The notes beneath the pieces were generated by a model. The model made no database searches, was not told where the DNA came from, and saw only the letters and a program-made list of their open reading frames with translations. Both the position numbers and the translations under genes were made by a program. A stretch of 64,000 nucleotides of DNA, taken from the NCBI GenBank assembly GCA_963713605.1, contig CAVQMO010000001.1, forward strand, positions 896,001-960,000. Direction: 5' to 3'. The stretch's first letter is position 1; each line of letters opens with the position of its first letter. Shown one piece after another: positions 55,893-64,000 of this stretch. The DNA comes from an uncultured Nitrososphaerales archaeon (lineage in GTDB: Archaea; Thermoproteota; Nitrososphaeria; Nitrososphaerales; Nitrososphaeraceae).

Positions 55893-56554
55893 TCCAATAT
55901 TATATGCATCCAAACGCAACCCTTCTTGTAGACTGTCTTTGCGCCATCTGTGAAGGGACCATGACTTTCGATGACTTCAGGGATTCAGCAGGCATAAGAG
56001 GTGTGACTGTTGCGAATGAAATCCTGAAATTCCTGGTAGAGAGAGGGATAGGCAAGCGCCCTAGCAGAGCACTTCTTTCATTCACGTCGACTGATAGATT
56101 GAAAACGTCAATTTTAGCAGTCAAATTAGGCGCTGACATCATGAAAATCTCCCAATATCTGTCTTGGCAAGACTTCGAGATGTTCGCATCAGAGATTTTG
56201 CTCAACTGTGGGTTCCAAACTATGAACAATGTTAGATTCACCAAGCCCCGAGCAGAGATCGATATTGTTGCTACCAAATCTCAGTTAAGCCTATCTGTCG
56301 ACTGCAAACATTGGGCCAACAATGGGCGTAGTGCACTAATTGAACACTCTCGGAGACAGATTCAAAGAACAGAGCGATTACTTAGTAGTCCATTTGGATT
56401 TAGAAATGTAGTTCCTGTGTTGCTCACCATTTATCCGAACTTTCAACCTTGCAATTCCAATCTTGTTCCTATTGTTGACATAAACAAGTTTCGGTGCTTT
56501 GTAAATGAAATAGAGTACAATATGGATAAAGTACTCTGTATAAGCAGAGACTAG
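55883..56554 (+). CDS. Restriction-endonuclease-like (Mrr_cat/PD-(D/E)xK) protein
   Basis: SWQDFEMF, EIDIVA and VDCKHW. Confidence 0.8.
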   Translation: MSVIQYYMHPNATLLVDCLCAICEGTMTFDDFRDSAGIRGVTVANEILKFLVERGIGKRPSRALLSFTSTDRLKTSILAVKLGADIMKISQYLSWQDFEMFASEILLNCGFQTMNNVRFTKPRAEIDIVATKSQLSLSVDCKHWANNGRSALIEHSRRQIQRTERLLSSPFGFRNVVPVLLTIYPNFQPCNSNLVPIVDINKFRCFVNEIEYNMDKVLCISRD

Positions 56555-56611
56555 ATCTGACCAAGAGTTATTCTTGATTCAGAATTCCGGATTTAAATTA
56601 CTGTTGTAAGT

Positions 56612-57097
56612 TTATACATTTAGCAGTTTGTGGGCTTCCCAAATTTTGTCGCTTATATAATGCACCGTCTGGATAACATAGCCTTTCTGTTCTGCAACCG
56701 CCTTGTCGCTATCAATTAATGCTATACCAACGGCCAAGGGTTTGCTATGTACTTCGTCCTTAATCACAACTATGCTTCCCTTTTCAAAGTTATCAAATGC
56801 CGTAATTCCAGGTCTTGTCACCTTTGCTCCATTGCAGACAAAGCGAACGGCTCCCATATCGACCGTAATTGAAGGGAATCGAGCCAGGAGCGAGATGTCT
56901 CCAAGAAAGGGAACAATGTACTTCTCCTTGCCTACTTGAACTGCAGTAAATTCGTCAGTTTTGTAGAAAGATTCGTCACCGTCTACTTGGTATTCTTTAA
57001 TAGTCTTCATTTTAGGAACAATATTCGTGGGCCAGGAAGCCTCGATCCTCTTGACGAGCAATGCTGTGTCTCGTTTAGAGAGAAAGGTCGACTTCAT
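56612..57097 (-). CDS. PUA-domain RNA-binding protein (MCTS1/Tma20-like)
   Basis: VDMGAVRFVCNGAKVTRPGI, PLAVG and HYISDKIW. Confidence 0.9.
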   Translation of the reverse strand: MKSTFLSKRDTALLVKRIEASWPTNIVPKMKTIKEYQVDGDESFYKTDEFTAVQVGKEKYIVPFLGDISLLARFPSITVDMGAVRFVCNGAKVTRPGITAFDNFEKGSIVVIKDEVHSKPLAVGIALIDSDKAVAEQKGYVIQTVHYISDKIWEAHKLLNV

Positions 57098-57137
57098 ATG
57101 ATTCTGACTTTTAACCTAATCATAATTCCAGTAGTCC

Positions 57138-58317
57138 TTAGTTTCTCTCTGTTCTGTTATTGATAGGTATGTATTCACAGCCCATGGGTCCACAATATTT
57201 ACCAACATACAAAGCTTTCGGTCTGTATAGTGCGGGTCTAGGAGCAGCTTCAGCAAATTTTTCTTCAATAATGTGACTAGTCCATCCTGCAATCCTGGAA
57301 AGGGCAAAGATAGGAGTATTGAGCTCGATTGGTATTCCCATACTATAATACAATGACGCACTGTAAAGATCCACATTTGGATATATTGGTTGTTTCTTGT
57401 GTTCTCTCATATACTTCCTAGTGGTATCCTCTACCTGAGCTGTGATATCGTACCAGGGTGTACTTCTTTTTCTTGAGATGATTTTTGATAGCCTCGCCAG
57501 AATATCTGCTCTAGGATCGGTTGTCTTGTAGACAGCGTGACCCATACCCATAACCCTCTCTCCACGATCGAGTCTGGTCTTCACCCATGTATCGACTTTA
57601 CCCACCCTTCCTATTTCGAGAAGCATTTTCATTACCTGTATGTTTGCTCCACCATGCAATTCTCCAGAGAGCGCGCCAATTGCACCCCCAATGCAGGCGT
57701 ACATATGTGCCCTTGTAGATGCAATTTCTCGTGCTGCGAATGTAGAAGCATTGAAACTATGTTCGGCATGGAGAATTAAAGAAATGTCAAATATTCTAGA
57801 TTCCTCTTTAGACGGCATTTCTCCTGTCAGCATGTAAAGAAAGTTAGATGCATGATTCGCGCTATCGCCAAGTGGTTCTACAGCCTCATTTCCCTTTCTA
57901 ATTCGGTCCCATGCTGCCAACAAGCGTCGCAATCTTAGCTGTCAGTTTTATCGCCCTCTTGAGGTTTGCTTCCTTATCATCGCTGGTCATGTCAGGATCG
58001 TAATCTGGTAGCTCCGAGATAGTCGATTGAATCACATCCATAGGTCTGGCTGTTTTTGGTCTATTCTTCATATTATCGGTGACGGATTGTGGAATATGCC
58101 TTTCACTAGATAATTGCTCGGAAAACTCTTTGAGATTGTCTTTGTCTGGCAAGTCTCCGAAGAGCAAAAGGTAGGACGTTTCTTCAAATGTAGAATGGTT
58201 GACAAGATCAAAGATATCATAGCCACGATAAATGAGTTTACCATTTTCACCATCAATAGAGCAGATCTTAGTATCTGCAACTTCAATATTTCTTAAACCG
58301 ATATTCCTTGTATCCAT
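57138..58317 (-). CDS. gltA: Citrate synthase; frameshift near 57920
   Basis: LIYRGY, HAEHSFNAST, LHGGAN, MGMGHAVYKTTDPR and PNVDLY. Confidence 0.95.
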
Positions 58318-58657
58318 CTGATAACTCTTGGTTTTTCTCACTTTCTATATTAAAGTAATGCACATATGAATTCTTCCAATATTCCTCTAACGTGAAGAAA
58401 CTAATCAAGAAGAATGCCAGTATATTTTGAAGTATCTGGAAAACTAAAACGCCGATGATTGACGCATCTTGCTCAAAGCGTTTTGTCTGCTTTCTAGTCA
58501 GATTTTGTAGAAACGCCTTCTGTGTTCTATCCATAAATCCCTGTGTTTTAGCAACGAAAAGTATGCTTTGAAAATATGCTCAATTAGTAACAAACCGATG
58601 ACCTTACACGCAGAGAACATATCACTTTTAAGTAGGTCATGGAAGTGAACTAGTACA

Positions 58658-59446
58658 ATGGTCTTTGGTAGGGACATTAGACTCAACCGGATCTTAAGGG
58701 ATGGAAAAATGGTGTGTATTCCCATGGATCATGGGATTACCAATGGTCCAATATCCGGCTTGGAGGATGTTCACGGCGTCATATATGATTACCAAGACGC
58801 AGGATTGACTTGCGTCTTAATTAACAAAGGGATCATTAAATCGATGCCAAGGCCTCCTAAAATAGGATTGATTGCTCATCTCTCGGCTAGCACGGTATTA
58901 GGACCTTCTCCAAATCGAAAGATACTCATAGGTAATGTAGAAGAGGCCATCAGGCTTGGTGCCGATGCCGTATCCATACATTTGAATATTGGTTCCAAAG
59001 AAGAGCCAGAGATGCTGCAAAAATTAGGGATCATCTCTGACCAATGTGATGAATGGAGTGTTCCATTGGTAGCGATGATGTACCCTAGAGGAGAAAATAT
59101 TAAGGATCCACATGACCCAGCAATCGTCGCGCATGCTGCCAGGATAGGTGCGGAAGGGGGTGCTGACATGATTAAGACGGTATATACGGGAGATATTGAC
59201 TCGTTTAGAAATGTAGTTAAATCCTGCCCAGTACCAATAGTAATAGCTGGAGGTCCTAAGGCAACCAGTGACGCAGAGATCATGCAGCTATGTTACGATG
59301 CGATGGAAGCTGGAGCTAAAGGGATTACGTTTGGTCGAAATATTTTTCAACACAAGGACCCCTTCATGATAATTAAATTGCTAACAGAGATTGTCATATC
59401 TGGAAAAACTCCTGAAGAGGCGAGAATTATTTCTGCACACAAATAA
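58658..59446 (+). CDS. aroA': 2-amino-3,7-dideoxy-D-threo-hept-6-ulosonate synthase (DhnA-type aldolase)
   Basis: PMDHG, AMMYPRG, GADMIKT, AGGPK and GRNIFQH; first gene of the aro operon. Confidence 0.92.
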   Translation: MVFGRDIRLNRILRDGKMVCIPMDHGITNGPISGLEDVHGVIYDYQDAGLTCVLINKGIIKSMPRPPKIGLIAHLSASTVLGPSPNRKILIGNVEEAIRLGADAVSIHLNIGSKEEPEMLQKLGIISDQCDEWSVPLVAMMYPRGENIKDPHDPAIVAHAARIGAEGGADMIKTVYTGDIDSFRNVVKSCPVPIVIAGGPKATSDAEIMQLCYDAMEAGAKGITFGRNIFQHKDPFMIIKLLTEIVISGKTPEEARIISAHK

Positions 59447-60495
59447 AAATAAGGTTCTAATCATCAAGCCGGACTTCAACGAAATTGATGCTAGCCGATT
59501 TTTTAAAGCCATTCCTAGTCAACACATCGTCTATGCGAATCCGGAGCTGAGTACGCGGGTCACATGCCAAAACAATGTATGAATCAACGGAGGCCGATTA
59601 TGTAGTATTTCGGGAGATTGACCAACTCAGAGAGTTTCATGACCCTGAGAAAGTCAAAGGATTTTACAAAAAGATAGTGAGCAATAAAGATTTAGATCAA
59701 ATCCTCAAAGCTGCCGAAGTGGGTGCCAATTTTATTATCGTAGATACACAGGATTGGAGGATCATACCACTTGAGAATGTAATAGCAACTTTGCAGAGGA
59801 CAAACACAAGAATATATGCTCCGGCGTCAAGTTCTAAGGAGATAAGGACTCTTTTCTCTGTTTTAGAGCTAGGAGTAGATGGTGTGATCCTAACAACCCG
59901 AGATCCTAATGACATAGAAGGTGCCGCGCAGTTGATGGATCCTAATAATTTGAGCGTTAGTATATTGAAGATACAAGAAGTCAGAGACGCTGGAATAGGA
60001 GAACGCGTTTGCATTGATACAGCCTCAATTCTAGGAATGGGAGAAGGGGTCTTGGTGGGCAGCAAATCGAACTTTCTTTTTCTGATACACAACGAATCTC
60101 AAGGCTCTTCATTTACATCACCTCGACCATTTAGGGTCAATGCGGGTGCTGTTTACTGCTATACCTTAGTCCCTGGCGAGAAAACAAAATACCTTTCAGA
60201 GATTGAATCAGGATCTGAGGTCCTTGTTATTGGCAAAGGTGGAAGAGTCAGAGTCGTTACTGTTGGTCGCTCAAAAATTGAAACAAGACCTCTTACTATG
60301 ATTGTGGGCGAATCGAACGGCCAAAGAGGTACGGTTATTCTTCAAAATGCAGAAACTATTCAATTGATAGGGGAGGACGGTTCATTGATTCCAGTCACCG
60401 ATCTGAAGGTTGGTGACTCCGTGCTTGGAGTTGTTCAGCCTAGCTCGGGGAGACATTTTGGAATGGAAGTATCGGAATATGTATTAGAGAAATAA
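59433..60495 (+). CDS. aroB': 3-dehydroquinate synthase II; frameshifted N-terminus, start approximate
   Basis: WRIIPLEN, GERVCIDT, RPFRVNAG, LQNAETI and GRHFGM. Confidence 0.93.
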
Positions 60496-60541
60496 ATTGT
60501 GTAAATAATAATACCTTGGAGAGTCCATTTTTTTAAAGCAT

Positions 60542-61450
60542 TTGGAATATCTCCACACGGTTAAAGTAGACTGCTATATGCTAGTCCAGAAGAATCCATT
60601 GGATGATATTATTGCCGGGGATTGTAAGAACATATTGTCATGCATCCCAGAAGGCTCAGTTCAAGTAACAGTTACTTCCCCACCTTACAGAAACGCAATC
60701 GATTATGATATGCATGCTTCAGGAACAGGGGGATACTACAGAGGCAAGCATCAAATAGAAACAGATCAGTATCTACTCGAGATGCAAGAAATCTTTAACG
60801 AAAAGATCTACCGGGCGACTAAAGAGGGTGGATACTGTTGTATAGTAATAGGAAATGAAGTGGTAAACGGGACCATCTTACCTCTGCCACATATGTTACT
60901 TTCGAAACTTGTTCAGCCATTTGGTAACTGGCATTTGCATGAAGAAATTATTTGGCATAAGGTTACTGGGGGCACCAACAGGTATGGGTCTTTTGTGATG
61001 AATCCATATCCAAAATATTTCAGGGCTAATATTATGCACGAGTTTATTCTTGTTTTGAGAAAGGGTGATGTCTCAGTAGGGAGAAGAAGGAAGGAGGCCT
61101 TGCCAGCTACTCATGAAGAATGGACGAAGGAAATTGCTAATTCGATTTGGCATATAACTCCAATTCCTCCCGGGTACATACGTCATCCCTGTCCATTTCC
61201 AGAAGAAATTCCATACAGATTAATGAAGTTGTATTCATACAAAGGTGATACAGTTCTAGATCCGTTTAATGGTAGCGGACAAACTACAAAAGTCGCATCT
61301 CATTTTGGACGCCATTTTATTGGAATTGAGATAATTGAGGATTATGTGAAACTTGCACTTGCGAGGCTAAATGAGGAAAAACTGCACATCCGTCCCGAGG
61401 CACTAATAGCCAAGTGGAAGAAGATTCCATCCCACTGCACATCACGATAG
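60542..61450 (+). CDS. Orphan amino (N4-C/N6-A) DNA methyltransferase, beta class
   Basis: Catalytic TSPPY precedes HPCPFP and the SAM-binding VLDPFNGSGQT; the start may be Met at 60578. Confidence 0.92.
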   Translation: MEYLHTVKVDCYMLVQKNPLDDIIAGDCKNILSCIPEGSVQVTVTSPPYRNAIDYDMHASGTGGYYRGKHQIETDQYLLEMQEIFNEKIYRATKEGGYCCIVIGNEVVNGTILPLPHMLLSKLVQPFGNWHLHEEIIWHKVTGGTNRYGSFVMNPYPKYFRANIMHEFILVLRKGDVSVGRRRKEALPATHEEWTKEIANSIWHITPIPPGYIRHPCPFPEEIPYRLMKLYSYKGDTVLDPFNGSGQTTKVASHFGRHFIGIEIIEDYVKLALARLNEEKLHIRPEALIAKWKKIPSHCTSR

Positions 61451-61587
61451 TTTAACCCAACCTTTTCGGCATGAGTAATTTTCATTAACCTACTTGTGTC
61501 TAGGACGCTGGAGGTTACCTAACACTATTTCTTCTTTATTGATGGCAGCTCAAAAATATATGTTCAAGAGATTCCAATAGTCCTAAG

Positions 61588-62286
61588 ATGAAGATTTGCG
61601 CATCCATAACGGAGATAGAATCCAAAGAATTCCGTAAATCTGCTGTTCGAGCATTTGATATGGGAGCCAGTTTTCTGGAGATTAGGTTTGATTATATCGC
61701 GACTAACAGGTTTTCTGAAGCATTAGCCGCAGTTCGACCATTCAGAGCAAAATGCATCTACACGTTAAGAAGGATTGGCCAAGGTGGAAAATTTGACGGA
61801 TCCGAAATACAGCGTCTTAGCTATTTGAGAGAATTAGCCAGCGAACTACCAATGATGATTGACGTGGAGTATGAGACCTTACAAGAATGTCCTGAAATTG
61901 GCACCTTTATCAAGTCATTAAAAATACCAATGCTTTTGTCCTGGCATGACTTTAAGTCAACACCCTCGGCAAATGAATTGTCAGAATTATTGGTTCTGAT
62001 GAACTCCTATAGCAATAATAATAAACTGGTTACTATGGCCAATTCTTTAGAAGACACACTGAGAATTTTGAACCTCTACGAAACTGTCGACAAGTCGGTG
62101 AATCTTGTGGCATTCTGCATGGGAGAGATTGGGTTAGTTTCAAGGGTGCTCTGTGCTTTGCAATCTAATTGTCCGTTCACTTACGCCTCACTTGATCGGC
62201 CTGTGGCTCCTGGTCAGTTTACGATAGAACAAATGAAAAAGTTGCATAGAATGATTATTCGGGACGATTCCCACGACGGAGGTTGA
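61588..62286 (+). CDS. aroD: Type I 3-dehydroquinate dehydratase
   Basis: EIRFD, TLR...GG, SWHDF, FCMGEIG and APGQ. Confidence 0.93.
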   Translation: MKICASITEIESKEFRKSAVRAFDMGASFLEIRFDYIATNRFSEALAAVRPFRAKCIYTLRRIGQGGKFDGSEIQRLSYLRELASELPMMIDVEYETLQECPEIGTFIKSLKIPMLLSWHDFKSTPSANELSELLVLMNSYSNNNKLVTMANSLEDTLRILNLYETVDKSVNLVAFCMGEIGLVSRVLCALQSNCPFTYASLDRPVAPGQFTIEQMKKLHRMIIRDDSHDGG

Positions 62287-62290
62287 AGAG

Positions 62291-63124
62291 ATGAGGACAT
62301 ATTGCATAATTGGTGATCCTGTGAGTCATTCACTATCCCCTGCAATGCACAACGCAGCTTTCAAATCGTTATCCCTGGACAATGTTTATATCGCATATAA
62401 GGTTTCATCTCATGAACTTGCATCCTCTGTCGAATCATTAAGATCCGTCAAGATATCAGGATTCAATGTTACGATTCCTCACAAAACAGCGGTGTTGCAG
62501 TACCTAGACGAAGTTGATCTCCTCTCGCGCCAGGCAGGGGCGGTTAACACTGTACTAAATATTGATGGTAAATTCAAAGGCTTTAATACTGACATTCAAG
62601 GTTTTCTCCAGCCCCTTCTTAACTGCGGAATAAATTTCAATGGTTTGTCAGTACTCCTCTTCGGCGCGGGAGGTTCAGCTAGGGCTGTTGTCACATCCTT
62701 GTCTAATGTCAGAGGTATTTCTAAATTAGTTGTTGCCAACAGAACTTATAGCAAATCATTGGAACTGTCTAAACTAGCAGACCTCGGCGGATTGACCTGC
62801 TCAGTCTCAATGATTGAAGAAGCGAAAGTAATGGCAAAACGTTTCGATCTCATAGTAAACGCCACATCTGTGGGGTTACAATCGAATGAATCAATTTTGG
62901 ATAGTGAAGATATTGATGGGAGCAGCACAATATACGATTTGGTATATAGACCTGTTATGACCAAGCTCTTGGAAAACGCTCAGGAAAAAGGAGCAAGGGT
63001 CATTTACGGATATGAAATGTTGCTTGAACAAGGAGCTCGGGCATTTGAGATTTGGACAGGGTTGAAAGCACCTATCCCTGCCATGAAAAAAGCTCTATTT
63101 GGGGTATTTCAAGAGCCAAAATGA
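62291..63124 (+). CDS. aroE: Shikimate dehydrogenase
   Basis: GDPVSHSLSPAMHN, NVTIPHK, GAVNT, NTD and GAGGSA. Confidence 0.96.
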   Translation: MRTYCIIGDPVSHSLSPAMHNAAFKSLSLDNVYIAYKVSSHELASSVESLRSVKISGFNVTIPHKTAVLQYLDEVDLLSRQAGAVNTVLNIDGKFKGFNTDIQGFLQPLLNCGINFNGLSVLLFGAGGSARAVVTSLSNVRGISKLVVANRTYSKSLELSKLADLGGLTCSVSMIEEAKVMAKRFDLIVNATSVGLQSNESILDSEDIDGSSTIYDLVYRPVMTKLLENAQEKGARVIYGYEMLLEQGARAFEIWTGLKAPIPAMKKALFGVFQEPK

Positions 63125-63975
63125 ATAGATCAATTCGTGTAACTATGCACGGAGCTGTGTCTGTTGTGAATGCAGTGGCAAATGGTCATGGGTCTGCTTT
63201 GGGGATATCACTTAAAGTGGTCGCAGATTTGTCTATCTCTGCAGGAAAAGGAGTTTATTTGCAGTCTAAGCAAGGTGAGAAGCTACTCAACACACTCGTT
63301 AGGAGAGCGTTACCAAAGACTGTACTGTTAGATCATAAAGTTCGAATTGAGATCAAATCAGAGATTCCTGTTGGATTTGGATTGAAGAGCTCCAGCGCAG
63401 TATCAAGCGCAGTTGCGCTGGCAATTCAGAAGTTCCTCGGTGAAGAGATCGATGATGCAAAAGTACTTAATCAATCTGCCGATGTTTCAATTGACGCTGG
63501 CGTTTCATTGACAGGAGCCTTCGATGATTCAGCTGCCTGTTATTTTGGTGGATTTGTAGTTACCGATAATTTTTCTAGAAAGCTCATAAGAAGAGAACTT
63601 GCTTCAGAGAACCTTTCTGCAATTATTTTACTTCCAGCTCGTGTATCGAGAGGGAATTTATTTAATTTATACCTTGCTCCAGAAATATTCGATCTAGCAT
63701 TTAAGATGGCATCGGAAGGAGACTATTGGAAAGCAATGAAGCTTAACGGAATGGCAGTCGGAGCGCTATTGGGTAACGATTATACTCCTGTCATATCGGC
63801 GATCAAGGAGCATGCCCTTTCTGCGGGGATCTCAGGAAATGGACCATCAGTAGTGGCAATTGCTGACTCTAAGCACCTCAAGGCTTTGACGTCATCTCTG
63901 TCCAGCTTCGAGGGCCAGGTATTAATATCAAAGGTTAACAATCAAAAGGCAACAGTAGAAGACTTCGATGGTTAA
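63121..63975 (+). CDS. aroK: Archaeal (GHMP) shikimate kinase
   Basis: GAVSVVNAVA, SEIPVGFGLKSSSA, TGAFDD and SGNGPS. Confidence 0.94.
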   Translation: MNRSIRVTMHGAVSVVNAVANGHGSALGISLKVVADLSISAGKGVYLQSKQGEKLLNTLVRRALPKTVLLDHKVRIEIKSEIPVGFGLKSSSAVSSAVALAIQKFLGEEIDDAKVLNQSADVSIDAGVSLTGAFDDSAACYFGGFVVTDNFSRKLIRRELASENLSAIILLPARVSRGNLFNLYLAPEIFDLAFKMASEGDYWKAMKLNGMAVGALLGNDYTPVISAIKEHALSAGISGNGPSVVAIADSKHLKALTSSLSSFEGQVLISKVNNQKATVEDFDG

Positions 63976-64000
63976 GATATCTATCCAAAGATCACAACTG
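63968..64000 (+). CDS. Probable start of EPSP synthase (truncated by the window end)
   Basis: An ATG overlapping the aroK end reads MVKISIQRSQL; the call rests on operon position only. Confidence 0.45.
   Translation, partial: MVKISIQRSQL

Noticed and set aside
55883..61450. Nuclease-like gene and DNA methyltransferase as a type II R-M pair
   Set aside because: They are about 4 kb apart, separated by core genes and embedded in different operons.

Overview
Archaeal chromosomal segment, most consistent with a soil ammonia-oxidising archaeon (Nitrososphaeraceae). This is inferred from gene content: L40e, TFB, fibrillarin/Nop5, aIF1, Sec61beta, the archaeal AroA'/AroB' shikimate route, CofC/CofD, a cupredoxin and PLD-like-domain histidine kinases. 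Many genes, including housekeeping ones, are broken by small frameshifts, most likely uncorrected long-read errors, so I joined the fragments by hand. Bases 1-10 kb are an accessory island: a membrane protein, a cupredoxin, a papain-like protease, a DyP peroxidase, a multi-pass membrane protein and four co-oriented paralogues of an uncharacterised Trp-rich family (one exported, three apparently cytoplasmic). This island is the best candidate for an undescribed system. Bases 18-24 kb hold a signalling/stress cluster (cyclase-REC, REC, MinD/ParA, DPS-like, metal-motif histidine kinase). The rest is mostly core genome: RNA modification, a peptide ABC transporter, tRNA-Val(CAC), RNase P RNA, F420 genes, citrate synthase and an aro operon interrupted by an orphan DNA methyltransferase. 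No CRISPR array, transposase or integrase was seen.
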